From: a bacterium
GTDB taxonomy: Bacteria > Zhuqueibacterota > Zhuqueibacteria > Oceanimicrobiales > Oceanimicrobiaceae
Direction of reading: 5' to 3'
Assembly: GCA_046757165.1 (NCBI GenBank)
Contig: JBHHXT010000001.1
Span: 1-64,000, forward strand
Length of the DNA: 64,000 nucleotides
A program made the position numbers and the translations under genes. Below the pieces are notes generated by a model. The model was not told the DNA's origin, ran no database searches, and saw only the letters and a list, made by a program, of their open reading frames with translations. Shown piece by piece: positions 12,201 to 21,285 of this stretch (its first letter is position 1; each line of letters opens with the position of its first letter).

Positions 12201-15200
12201 CGGTGATCTCGGGCGCATTGCCGGACGTCAGTGTCTGCTCTATCCACGGCGTGTTTGTTGCCAGAAAATCGTTCGACACCAGGAAGATGGAGCCGCCGGA
12301 GTCCCCGCCATCACTGACCCCATTTGTCACCTGCAGCACCACTTTGGCGCTTTGAACCTGGCCAGTCACGCCACTGACAACAAATTTGAAGTAAGAAATG
12401 AATTTTCCGGTCTCTACCTTTGTGGTGCCTTTGAAACCATAATTATTGCCCGGCGCTGTGACCTTGACCTGGCCATCATGAACCGATTGGAAGCTCAACG
12501 TTTGGGGCTCGGTGACGGTGATACTTACCGTGGCGATGTTCGAAGTTCCACCGTCGTTGTCGTTGACGGTGTAGCTGAATTGGTCTGTGCCCACAAACGC
12601 AGCGTTTGGCGTATACGTGATGACACCTGTCACCGGGTTGATGCTTGTCGTGCCGTTCAAAGCGGCAACGGAAATCGCCACGGAGCCTGGCTGCAGCGTC
12701 CCGTCCACGTCAGAGTCGTTTCCGATGGCGTTGATATCCACCGGCACACCCTGCAGCGTGCTGCGGGTGTCGTCGATGGCCACGGGCAGGTCGTTGACAG
12801 GATTCACAGTCATCGTCACGCTGGCGACATTAGACGTCAGGTTGGAATCATCCTCAATGGTGTAGCGCAGGCTGTCCTGGCCAAAGAAGTTTTCGGCCGG
12901 CGTGTAGATGATTTCGCCCGTCGCCGGGTTCACGCTAGCTGTGCCATGGGTCGGGGGCGTGTCAATTGAGACGCTGGTCAGATTGAGGCCGGTGTCATCG
13001 CTGTCGTTAGCAGCCACATCGATGACCAGAGGGACCTCCTCATCCGTCGAGACACTATCGTTCTGAGCCACAGGCGGATCATTCTCATTCGAAACCGTGA
13101 TCACGACGGTGGCCTCGTTCGAAGTCGCGCCCACATCGTCCTGAATCGTATACGTGAAGGAATCCTGGCCATTGAAATTTGCCGCCGGGGTGTAAGTGAT
13201 CTCGCCCGTACTGGTGCTGACGGTTGTAACGCCATTTGCGGGACCACTGGTGACCGTCAAAGTATTGGAATCCAGTGAGCCATCCACGTCACTATCATTC
13301 TGTGTGACGGCAATCGTGACCGGGGTGTCTTCAGACGTGGCCGTGGTGTCGTTCTCGGCGACGGGCGCATCATTGACCGGATTGACCATGAACAAGACCG
13401 TGGCGACATTCGAACTCAACCCGAGGTTGTCGTCAACCGTGTATTTCAGGCTATCCTCGCCAGAGAAGTTTTCAGCCGGGGTGTAAGTCATCTCACCCGT
13501 CGTCGGGTTGACCACAATCGACCCCTGGCCAGGCCCTGAGGTTACCGTGACAGTGGAGAGGTCCAGACTGCCATCCGCGTCGCTATCGTTGGCTGCAACG
13601 TCGATGACCACCGGTGTTTCCTCATCGGTGGTGGTGGTATCGGACTGCGCTACCGGGGCATCGTTCGCTTCCGTCACATTGACAACCACCGTTGCCTCGT
13701 TCGAGGTTGCCCCCTCACCATCCTGGACCGTATAAGTGAAGAAATCCTGGCCGTTGAAGTCAGGATTGGGTGTGTAATCGATTTCGCCAGTGGTCGAGTT
13801 CACCACTGTCAAGCCATTTGCCGGCGCACCCGTGACCGTCAGCGTATTGAAATTCAGCGGGCCTTCAACATCACTGTCGTTGGCCGTGACTGGAATGACA
13901 ATCTGGGTGTCCTCCGGTGTGGCAACGGTGTCGTTGAGCGCCACGGGCAGGTCGTTGACCGGGTTCACGGTGATAGTGACCGTGGCTTCATTGGAGCTGG
14001 CGCCGAGATTATCTTTAATCGTATATTTTAGACTGTCGCTGCCATTGAAATCCGCTGCTGGTGTGTACGTAATCTGACCGGTCGTCGCGTCGACTGTCGC
14101 GGTGCCCCGGGTGGGCGGTGTGACCAGGGTCACACTCGTCGGGTCCACGCTGCCGTCCGGGTCGCTGTCATTGGCTGCGACATCGATGACAACGGTCACG
14201 TCTTCATCGGTGGTGGCCTGGTCGTCCTGGGCTAGCGGCAGATCGTTTTCATCGCTGACGCTGATGGTAACCGTCGATTCATTCGATGGCAAGCCTGTGT
14301 TGTCTTTGATGGTGTAGTTGAAACTATCCTGGCCGCTGAAATTGAGGTTCGGGGTATAGGTCACCTCACCATTTGCCGGGTTCACTTGAACCGTTCCATT
14401 GCCGGGCGCACTGGTTATCGTCAACGTGCTGAAATTCAGGGTGCCGTCCACGTCGACATCGTTCGCCGTCACAGCGATCATAACGGGCGTATCTTCAGAG
14501 GTCGCCGCAACATCATCCGCCGTCCTCGGCGCATCATTTATCGGATTGACCGTAAGGGTCACTGTGGCTGCATTCGAGCTCACACCGAGATTATCTTTGA
14601 TGGTGTACTCGAGGCTGTCTGTACCGAAGAAATCGGCTGCCGGCGTGTAGGTAATCGCACCCGTCGCCGCATTGATGGCCGTCGTGCCATGACCCGGAGC
14701 GCTGGTCACCGTGACCGAGGAGAGATTGAGACTCCCATCCGGATCGATGTCATTCGCCGCCACATCGATGGTGATCGGAACATCTTCGTTGGTGGTTGCC
14801 GCGTCGTCAGCCGCAATCGGCAGGTCGTTCTCTTCCGTCACGGTCAGGTTGACAGTGGCTTCGTTGGAGCTGCCTCCGTCGTTGTCTTGAACCACATAGG
14901 TGAAAACATCCGGTCCGTTGTAGTTGGGATTTGGTGTGTAGGTAATTTGTCCTGTACTCGTGTTCACCGTCGCCTGGCCATTTGTCGGTCCGCCTGTCAC
15001 CGTCAAGGTCCCCACGTTCAAGGACCCGTCCACGTCGCTGTCGTTTGCGGTTACTGCGATGGCAACCGGCGTATCCTCTGGCGTGGCGACCGTGTCATCC
15101 CGGGCCACCGGCAAGTCGTTGACCGACAGCACCGTGACTTTAACGGTCGCCGGGGCCGACAGATTGCCGTCGTCATCTTCCACGGTGTAAGTAAAGCTAT

Positions 15201-18200
15201 CCTCCCCAAAGAAATCACTTGCAGGTGTGTAGGTGATCTTTCCGGTTGTGGTGTTGACGGTTGCCTGACCCGTCCCCGGCCCGGAAGCCACGGTCACACT
15301 GCTGGTCACGATGGAGCCGTCCACATCACTGTCATTGCCGAGTACCGCGATATCTATCGCGACATCCTCGTCTGTTGCCACACTGTCTTTGACCGCCGTG
15401 GGTGGTGCCACAATCGTCACCGCAACCAGCGCAGGATTCGAGAGTGCGCCGTCGTCGTCTTTGACCGAGTAGATGAATCCGTCTACCCCGCCAAAGCCCG
15501 GATTGGGCGTGTAGGTCACCTCCCCGTTCGGCAGAATGTTGGTCGTGCCATTGCCAGGAGGCGTATCAATTTGAACCGTGGCGGGATCGATCGTGCCGTC
15601 GATGTCAGAATCGTTCGCCGTGACAGCAATATTGACCGCCACGTCGAGAGAGGTCTGCACCGTGTCTCCGATAGCGGTGGGTAAGTCGTTGACATCGGTG
15701 ACCGTCACGTGAATCGTTGCCGGGTTAGAGGCGCCACCATCATTGTCCTGAATGGTATACTTCAGGCTGTCTTCGCCAAAGAAGTTCGCATCCGGCGTAT
15801 ACGTGATCTCGCCCGTGCTGGTATTGAGCGAGGCGGCACCATGATCAGGGTCATCGACGATGGCCACACTGGCAAGGTCCAGCGTACCATCCGAATCGCT
15901 GTCGTTGAGCACAATGTTGATGGTCACCGGTATATCTTCGTCAGTCACAGCCGAATCCGACTGCGCCACGGGCATATCATTCACGTTGAATACAGTGATA
16001 AACACCCTGGCCTCATTGGAGATGGCGCCCAGGTTATCTTTGACCTGATACGTGAGGCTGTCCTCGCCAAAGAAATCGAAGACAGGCTGATAGGTGATGG
16101 CGCCATTGACCGGGCTCACGGAGGCCGTCCCGTTCACCGGGTTGGTCAGGATCGTCACCGTGGTCGCATCGATGGTGCCATCCAGGTCGATATCATTGGC
16201 AGCGACGTTGATGAGCAGCGCCAGGTCTTCGGTCGTGTTTGCCGTGTCGTTCACGGCCGTCGGCGGGTCGTTGTCGCCGCTAACGTTGATGGTGACGGTG
16301 GCGAAATTCGACACCGCGCCGTTGTTGTCCTGAATCGTGTAGACAAACGTGTCCACACCCAGGAAGAAGGCATGGGGTTGGTAGGTCACGACTCCGCTGG
16401 TGGGATCAACGCTCACGTTCCCGTTGCCAGGCTGAGCCGTGATGGTCACGGACGCCTCCACGATGGTGCCGTCGATATCCACGTCATTGGCGGTGATGTC
16501 TATGTCGATTGGTGTTGCTTTGTTGGTGCTGACAACTTCGCTGCCTGCCACCGGCGGATCGTTGACCGGAGTAACGGTGATGGTGACCGTGGCCGCGTTC
16601 GTGCTCACGCCGTTGTTGTCCTGCACGATGTAGGTGAAATTGTCGCTGCCGGAGAAATCAGGATTCGGCGTGTAGGTTACCACACCGGTCGACTGGTTGA
16701 GTGAGGTGCTGCCGTTACCGGGCTGAGTCAACAAGGTCACCGTCGTCGGATCGATGGAGCCATCCAGATCGACATCGTTTGCAGAAACGTCGATGTCTAC
16801 CGGCATATCTTCGTCGATCGTCCGGTTGTCATTGAGAGCAAACGGCGCCTTGTTGACCGTGATAGCCACGGTTGCGACGTTGGAGGCAACGCCGTCGTTA
16901 TCGCTCACCGTATATTGAAAACTGTCGGGGCCATTATAGTTTGCGCTCGGCGTGTAGGTAATCGAGCCGGTTGTACCGTTCACCACGAAGGAGCCATGAC
17001 TCGGGGGGCTCACCACGGCGACCGTCGTCGGATCGAGTGTGCCGTCCAGATCGCTATCATTGGCGATGACCGGAATTTCAATCGCCACATCTTCGTTGGT
17101 CACGACCGTATCGTTGACAGCCACTGGCGGCACCTTCACAAAGACGGTGACCGTGGCCGTGTTAGAACCGGCGCCGTCATCGTCCCGCACACTGTAGAAA
17201 AACGAATCCTCGCCCAGGAAGCCCTGGTTGGGGGTATAGGTAATCTCCCCGCTCGGCTTGATGGAGGTGGAGCCGTGCGTGCCGGAGCTCGCCAGAATCG
17301 ACGAGGGCACGATGGAACCGTCTACGTCAAGGTCATTGGCCGTAACATCGATATCGAACGGCTCGTTGAACAATGCCCTGGCCGTATCATTGACAGCGAC
17401 AGGCGCGTCGTTCACGTCGTTGACTGTCACCGTAACGGTGGCTGAATTGGACGGGGCCCCCGTGTTGTCATCGACCGTGTAGGTAAAGGTGTCAGTGCCA
17501 AAGAAATCAGCCGCCGGCATGTAGGTAATAAGGCCCGTGACCGGGTCAACAGAAGTGGTTCCGTTTGCCGGGCCCGAATCGACGACCACTGTCGTCTCAT
17601 CGATGCTGCCATCGTTGTCGGAATCATTGCCTAAAACATCAATCGCGACCGCATTGTCCTCATCTGTCGTCGCATTGTCATCGACCGCCGTCGGTGCATC
17701 GTTGACCGGCGATATCGTGACAAATACGGTGGCGCTGTTCGAAGTCGCGTTGTCATCATCGAGAAAAGTGTAGGTAAAGGAATCCTGCCCGAACAAGTTC
17801 TGGTGTGGCGTATATGTGATGACACCGGTGACCGGATGCACAGAAAGCGTGCCAAGCGCTGAGTTGGCGGGTGTGCTGACCGAGGTGGCATTTGGCGTGC
17901 CATCCAGGTCGAGGTCGTTCGCCAGGACAGCAATCTCGAGCGGCTGGTCCTCTGCGGTGGTCACGGTATCGTTGACAGCCACAGGAGGATCATTGATGTC
18001 GTTGATCGTCACCGTGACCGTGGCCGCGTTCGAAGGTGTCCCATTGTCATCATCGACCGTGTACGTGAACGCATCGGGGCCAAAGTAATCCTGTGCCGGC
18101 GCATAGGCGATGACCCCGGTGGCTGGATTGACGGTTGCCGTGCCATGGGCCGGTGGTGTGGCAATGGCCACTGAAGTCGCAATCACGGTGCCATCGGCAT

Positions 18201-20985
18201 CCGTATCGTTTGGGGTCACGATGATGTTCACCGGCGTGTCTTCGTTTGTAATCGCCGCATCGGGGTTCGCCACCGGCGGCTCGTTGACACGAATAGAAAC
18301 CGTGGCCTTATTCGAGACCGAGCCATCGTTATCTTGCACCTCGTATTCGAAGATATCCGTGCCCGAGAAGAGGGCATTGGGACTGTAAGACGCAACCCCG
18401 GTGGTCGCATTGATGGAAAGCGAGCCGTTGAACGGCCCAAATAGAATGGTTATCGAGGAGGAATCCAGCGTGCCATCCGTATCGTTGTCATTGTCCAGAA
18501 TGGCAATATCGATGGCAACCCCCTTCAGGGTCAAGACCGTGTCATTGACTGCGGTCGGTTTGTCATTCACCTTGATCTGCACCGAAGCAAGGTTGGAGGA
18601 GACGCCGCCTTCATCTTTGACGGTATACGTAAACAAATCTGTTCCCACAAAGCCAGGATTGGGCGTGTAGGTCACGTTGCCGTTTGCCGGATTGATATTC
18701 GTGCTGCCGCTGGCAACGTCGGTAACAATCGTGACTGTCGCGGGATCCAACGAGCCATCCGGGTCATTGTCATTGCCGAGGATGTCGATGACGGCTGCCG
18801 TCTCTTCCTCGGTGACCACGGTGTCGTTCTGGGCAAATGGCACCGAGTTGACGTTGATAAAGACGGTGCCCACGTTGCTGGTGGCGCCATCGTCGTCAGT
18901 CTCGGTGTACTTCAGTGAATCCGTGCCAAAAAAGTTGGGGTCGGGCGTATATTCAATTTCCGCGGTCGTCGAGTTGAGGTTCGCCGTCCCGTGTGACGGC
19001 AGAGTTGTCATGATGACCGAGCCCGGGCTGACCGTCCCATCTACTTCGATATCGTTGGCCAGCACGTCTATGGTGACCGGAGTGGCATTGTCTGTCGTGA
19101 CCGTGTCGTCGATCGCAACCGGGGGGTCATTCTCATCGCTCACGGCAATGGTCACCGTTGCCTGGTTGGACACGCCGCCGCTGTCATCGGCGACGGTGTA
19201 GGTCAGGGAGTCTGTTCCGTTGAAGTTCGCGTTGGGCGTGTAGGTGAGCACACCATTGGCCGGGTTGAGCGCGGTCGTGCCGTTGTCGGGCGCATCCACC
19301 ACGACCACCGAAGCCGAATCGATGCCGGAATCCGTGTCCGAGTCGTTGGCCAGGATGGCGATATCGATGGGGGTGTCCTCGTTGGTCGAGGCCAAATCGT
19401 CCAGCGCCACCGGGGAATCGTTGACCGCGATATTGACCACCGCGGCCAGGGCGTTGGCGCCATCATTGTCCTTTATGGTATAAAACAGGGAATCCTGCCC
19501 GCTAAAGCCGGGGCCGGGCGTGTAGACGATCTCGCCGACCAGAACCTGTGTCGTGCCATTTAGCGGCGCGTGGACAACAGCAATACTTGAAATGTCGATA
19601 CTGCCGTCCGGGTCTGAATCGTTGCTTGTCACCGAAATCGTGACCGGCGTTTCTTCGTTGGTGAACGCCGAGTCCGGATTGACAATGGGACGCAGGTTGT
19701 CAAATGGCAGAAAGCCATGCATGTAGGTGTCCGCATCCTTGTCGCTCGCCAGGACCAGTAATCCGGTGCTGTTTGTCACACTCTGTTTCGTGGAGGTCGG
19801 ATTGTTGACAACATCTTCGATAAAGCTCTTGATCAGCAAGCGACCATTGCCTTCGGCAAAGGTTGGATTGTCCAGATGCGTGGCCTTGAAAAAGATGCCA
19901 TCTTCTGGTTTCAATCTGCTGAACACATAAACGCTGTCCGTGGTTGCATTCAACACAACCATGGGGCGCGTCGGGTCTTCGCGCCGGCGCCAGACAACGG
20001 TGTTTGTCCAGACACCGGTGCCGGGATTACGGATATTCAAATACATATATGGAGAGTCGGCGCCGGGCAGGCTGGTTTTGCTGATAGCGATCAGGGTGCC
20101 GTCGCTCTCGCGCACGGCCAGATTGAGGTGGTCATCTGCGACGTTCGCGCCATTTTCAAGGGCAGTCTCTCGCGGCTGCCAGGTCGTCGAATCACTGGCA
20201 TCGAGATGGACGGCAAAATACATCCTGGCGTCGAGTTGATTTGACCAAAAAATGCCGATCTTGTTGCCATCAAAAGCAGTCAGCGCCGCAATGTCGTCGC
20301 CGGCAAGGTCGTTGCCCTGCACCGGCAGAACAAAGTCGGTGCCCCAGGAGGTATCACTGCCATTGGTGCTGTTGACTCTAATCTTGTTATTGCGCGTCCA
20401 AACCGCCCATATCTTGCCGGCAGAATCCTTGGCCACCGTCAGGGCTTCGGTTTCATCCGTTCCCGGGATGTCGACCGGAAATCCGCCGTCGAGAGAATAG
20501 GCTTTTGAGCCTGAACTATAGGTATAGCGGGCCAGGGTCGCAAGCTTTGAATCGGTGCTGTGCACATTTATTTTCGCTCGCGATGCAATGTATACCTTGC
20601 TGCCGTCAACGCAAACATCCGCTGCCGAACGTCTTCTGTTGTCGACGGTCGGCCCGACGTTGGTCCAGTTTTGCGTTGCCGGGTCAAATCGGTGAATTCG
20701 AAACTCAGCAGCGAGGTCATTCCAAAGCACTCCCCACCAGAAGCCATCATGGTGCCAGAGCTTGCTCTCCGGTTTTGCTTCCGTTGGGTCGCCGGTGACG
20801 TCTGTCCCGTGGTTGAAATCCCGGTAGCCCAGGATGACCGGTTGAGATTGGATCTCCTGAGCCCGTGCAGTCTCATTTTGTGCCGGGTTCATGACATAAA
20901 TAAATGCCAGAACCGCTACAAAAGGGAAGCTCCTCGAAAAGGAATGAGTAACCCTTTTTACCGATGTTTGCCCACTGATGCCCAT
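6241..20985 (-). CDS. Giant secreted surface protein, paralog C (4914 aa): head domain, ~35 Big_9/cadherin-like repeats, 6 DNRLRE/CBM96-like modules, T9SS-type/FlgD-Ig C-terminal domain
   Basis: 4914-aa ORF with GGAG RBS and signal peptide ending ARA|QE. Repeats PVAxxD...NDxDxDG...YTP..F.G.D.FTY...SNxATV; modules F.P..DGQVK....NYG...YLKF.VSG...W.E..LT..NAP...KEG...PQL; C-terminus NYPNPFNPET...SGVYFMRL...RRIILQK. Confidence 0.95.
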   Translation of the reverse strand: MGISGQTSVKRVTHSFSRSFPFVAVLAFIYVMNPAQNETARAQEIQSQPVILGYRDFNHGTDVTGDPTEAKPESKLWHHDGFWWGVLWNDLAAEFRIHRFDPATQNWTNVGPTVDNRRRSAADVCVDGSKVYIASRAKINVHSTDSKLATLARYTYSSGSKAYSLDGGFPVDIPGTDETEALTVAKDSAGKIWAVWTRNNKIRVNSTNGSDTSWGTDFVLPVQGNDLAGDDIAALTAFDGNKIGIFWSNQLDARMYFAVHLDASDSTTWQPRETALENGANVADDHLNLAVRESDGTLIAISKTSLPGADSPYMYLNIRNPGTGVWTNTVVWRRREDPTRPMVVLNATTDSVYVFSRLKPEDGIFFKATHLDNPTFAEGNGRLLIKSFIEDVVNNPTSTKQSVTNSTGLLVLASDKDADTYMHGFLPFDNLRPIVNPDSAFTNEETPVTISVTSNDSDPDGSIDISSIAVVHAPLNGTTQVLVGEIVYTPGPGFSGQDSLFYTIKDNDGANALAAVVNIAVNDSPVALDDLASTNEDTPIDIAILANDSDTDSGIDSASVVVVDAPDNGTTALNPANGVLTYTPNANFNGTDSLTYTVADDSGGVSNQATVTIAVSDENDPPVAIDDTVTTDNATPVTIDVLANDIEVDGTVSPGSVIMTTLPSHGTANLNSTTAEIEYTPDPNFFGTDSLKYTETDDDGATSNVGTVFINVNSVPFAQNDTVVTEEETAAVIDILGNDNDPDGSLDPATVTIVTDVASGSTNINPANGNVTYTPNPGFVGTDLFTYTVKDEGGVSSNLASVQIKVNDKPTAVNDTVLTLKGVAIDIAILDNDNDTDGTLDSSSITILFGPFNGSLSINATTGVASYSPNALFSGTDIFEYEVQDNDGSVSNKATVSIRVNEPPVANPDAAITNEDTPVNIIVTPNDTDADGTVIATSVAIATPPAHGTATVNPATGVIAYAPAQDYFGPDAFTYTVDDDNGTPSNAATVTVTINDINDPPVAVNDTVTTAEDQPLEIAVLANDLDLDGTPNATSVSTPANSALGTLSVHPVTGVITYTPHQNLFGQDSFTYTFLDDDNATSNSATVFVTISPVNDAPTAVDDNATTDEDNAVAIDVLGNDSDNDGSIDETTVVVDSGPANGTTSVDPVTGLITYMPAADFFGTDTFTYTVDDNTGAPSNSATVTVTVNDVNDAPVAVNDTARALFNEPFDIDVTANDLDVDGSIVPSSILASSGTHGSTSIKPSGEITYTPNQGFLGEDSFFYSVRDDDGAGSNTATVTVFVKVPPVAVNDTVVTNEDVAIEIPVIANDSDLDGTLDPTTVAVVSPPSHGSFVVNGTTGSITYTPSANYNGPDSFQYTVSDNDGVASNVATVAITVNKAPFALNDNRTIDEDMPVDIDVSANDVDLDGSIDPTTVTLLTQPGNGSTSLNQSTGVVTYTPNPDFSGSDNFTYIVQDNNGVSTNAATVTITVTPVNDPPVAGSEVVSTNKATPIDIDITANDVDIDGTIVEASVTITAQPGNGNVSVDPTSGVVTYQPHAFFLGVDTFVYTIQDNNGAVSNFATVTINVSGDNDPPTAVNDTANTTEDLALLINVAANDIDLDGTIDATTVTILTNPVNGTASVSPVNGAITYQPVFDFFGEDSLTYQVKDNLGAISNEARVFITVFNVNDMPVAQSDSAVTDEDIPVTINIVLNDSDSDGTLDLASVAIVDDPDHGAASLNTSTGEITYTPDANFFGEDSLKYTIQDNDGGASNPATIHVTVTDVNDLPTAIGDTVQTSLDVAVNIAVTANDSDIDGTIDPATVQIDTPPGNGTTNILPNGEVTYTPNPGFGGVDGFIYSVKDDDGALSNPALVAVTIVAPPTAVKDSVATDEDVAIDIAVLGNDSDVDGSIVTSSVTVASGPGTGQATVNTTTGKITYTPASDFFGEDSFTYTVEDDDGNLSAPATVKVTVLSVNDLPVARDDTVATPEDTPVAIAVTANDSDVDGSLNVGTLTVTGGPTNGQATVNTSTGQITYTPNPNYNGPDVFTYVVQDNDGGSSNEATVNLTVTEENDLPIAADDAATTNEDVPITIDVAANDIDPDGSLNLSSVTVTSAPGHGTTAINAATGAITYTPAADFFGTDSLEYTIKDNLGVSSNAATVTLTVNPINDAPRTADDVAATSEDTPVMIAVTANDVDVDGTLNFSTLTITSAPGNGTVQVNPANGEVTYTPNLNFSGQDSFNYTIKDNTGLPSNESTVTISVSDENDLPLAQDDQATTDEDVTVVIDVAANDSDPDGSVDPTSVTLVTPPTRGTATVDATTGQITYTPAADFNGSDSLKYTIKDNLGASSNEATVTITVNPVNDLPVALNDTVATPEDTQIVIPVTANDSDVEGPLNFNTLTVTGAPANGLTVVNSTTGEIDYTPNPDFNGQDFFTYTVQDGEGATSNEATVVVNVTEANDAPVAQSDTTTTDEETPVVIDVAANDSDADGSLDLSTVTVTSGPGQGSIVVNPTTGEMTYTPAENFSGEDSLKYTVDDNLGLSSNVATVLFMVNPVNDAPVAENDTTATSEDTPVTIAVTQNDSDVDGSLDSNTLTVTSGPANGVTTVSTSTGEITYTPAANFNGQDSFTYTIQDDVGATSNEATVVITVSNENDPPVAQNDSVSTDEEVPLVIDVAANDSDDTGLNLTSVSIDTPPTHGTASVNPATGEIIYTPAENFFGQDSLRYTIEDDSNLTSNVASVTMTVNPVNDLPVAIDDTRSTLQGVPVDINAIGNDSDVDGTLQPGSVAISVAALNGTTSINPVTGVITYTPNAAFVGTDQFSYTVNDNDGGTSNIATVSITVTEPQTLSFQSVHDGQVKVTAPGNNYGFKGTTKVETGKFISYFKFVVSGVTGQVQSAKVVLQVTNGVSDGGDSGGSIFLVSNDFLATNTPWIEQTLTSGNAPEITGSALSTLGAVATNQVVEFDVTSAVNGDGTFSFAVRPNSGNRVKYYTKEGTVPPQLVIATGGGGQNSAPVAVNDNATATAGLPLGIDVTANDSDSDGTVDVTTVTVVSQPANGATSVNAAIGVVTYTPNAGFGGTDTFTYTVRDDDGATSNAATVTIEVLGGNTAPVAVNDNASTTAGISVSVDVTANDTDSDGTVDVTTVAIVTLPANGTATVNNTTGVVTYTPASGFAGTETFTYTVNDDAGATSNAATVTVTVQSSGGSQSFTFESMHDGQVKLTDPGANYGVKATMKVDGGKFTSYMKFNVTGVSAPIQSARVRLRVTDAATDGGDNGGSIFLVDNNFAGTGIPWVEQTLTSGNAPAATGSPLSTLGPISANQTVELDVTGAVTGNGIVSFAVVPNSTNGVKYYTKEGIARPELIVTTGSGGSSNNPPVAVNDNGATVSGTPVAVDVTVNDTDSDGTIVVTTVAIVSQPLNGSASVNGSTGVVTYSPNAGFSGTDTFTYTVKDDDGATSNAATVTVQVQGSNVAPVATDDNANTTAGNSVAIDVTANDSDSDGTIDVSTVTIGTPPTNGSTTVSGLTGVVTYTPDAGFDGTDTFTYTVKDDDGANSNGATVTVSVAGGGTGGTFTFEPTEDGQVKLTDPGANYGTKATMKVDGGKFSSYLKFVVTGISSAVQSARVRLRVTDALSDGGDNGGSIFQVDNNFSGVGIPWVEQTLTSGNAPAAAGSPLSTLGAVAPSQTVEFEVTNVVNGNGTFSFAIVPNSTNKVKFYTKEGSTSPQLVITTGSGGSGNNPPVAANDNAATTAGNPVPIDVTANDSDSDGTVDFTSVTITSQPANGTTSVNATFGFVTYTPNAGFGGTDTFTYTVRDDDGAQSNAATVTVQVIGGNQAPVANADNGTTTAGNSVALDVTANDTDSDGTINFTTVSIVTPPGNGTATVNSGTGVVTYTPNGGFDGTDTFTYTVNDDDGAPSNAATVTVTVQPDGGGTGGTFTFEPTDDGQVKLTDAGLNYGSKATMKVDGGKFSSYLKFVVSGVTGAIQSARVRLRVTDAATDGGDNGGSLFLVDNNFSGSGNPWVEETLTSGNAPAATGSALSTLGAISPSQTVEFDVSAAVHGNGIFSFALVPNSGNAVKYFTKEGTVRPELIVVTGSGGGNTAPVAANDNSATTAGTPVAIDVTANDSDSDGTIDVTTVAIVTPPGNGTVTVNGTGVVTYTSSVGFSGSDTFTYTVKDDDGATSNAATVSVVVTGGNQPPVAVNDNANAIAGTPILIDVTVNDTDSDGTINVTTVTIVTPPGNGSAVVSSSTGVVTYTPNAGFSGTDSFSYSVKDNDGATSNAATVTVSVAGGSQTLTFAPSHDGQVKLSDPGANYGTKGTMKVERGKFSTYLKFVVSGVTGTVQSAILRLRVTVDPGDGSDQGGSIFRASNNFTGTATPWQEGTLTSGNAPDVISGALSTLGPVAENTLVDLDVSGAVAGNGTFSFCITSNSGNQVKYYTKEGTTAPQLIVQTGAGAIIVKGENVAPSAVDDAMTTKPGVAVEIDVLANDLDVDGKLRTSTVAPVTSPSNGKVRVEAATGVLVYTPHPGFTGRDSFNYIVYDEQGMASNPAQVVVTVNMSGNVTPRATDDDATTYSSVAVSIPVTQNDSDSDGAIDAASIAILAPAGHGTVRLDGERGLVIYHPDKGFVGADEFTYQIRDDSGALSNTATVKIAVQKSEAQVLAFLPTDDAFVRASSPTDNFGAVSELRATNGTAEFYSFLKFSVSGLTGAVQRATLKLFIAEDNEGGEVYAVSNRYRNSETAWQEDGLVWDNAPEISGAPLAPFEGEGKGRYVEIDVTTAVRGENVFSFGLNSHGSETAVYESKEGPHPPQLVVETGEAEGSSPEVTDAATGTPKHLPDAISLSPNYPNPFNPETNILYALPQDAKVKLEIYNVRGQLVRTLVNEVQTAGFKRIRWQGNDSSGILVGSGVYFMRLEVGSQKFSRRIILQK

Positions 20986-21285
20986 TGATGCGTCTCCATA
21001 TTAGTCAAGCATAGCTGTCCACGTAGTTGCAATGCGCAGAAAAAGTTTACCGTATGCGTGAAATTTTTGTTGTCAGTGCTTTTCAGGGGGAAAGGCAGAT
21101 GTTTGGTCGAGGGGGCAGTTTTAACAACCTTTCCAAGATTGTAAAGAACTGTATTCTATGCCATAGGCAATGCTGTCCTTTGGCTATCAGCCAAGCAAGT
21201 TCTATATTGACTTAGCAGACATAAAGTAGTACTCACAGTAAATGAGAATGCAGATAAAATATTCAAAATAAATGAGTCTGGCCGC

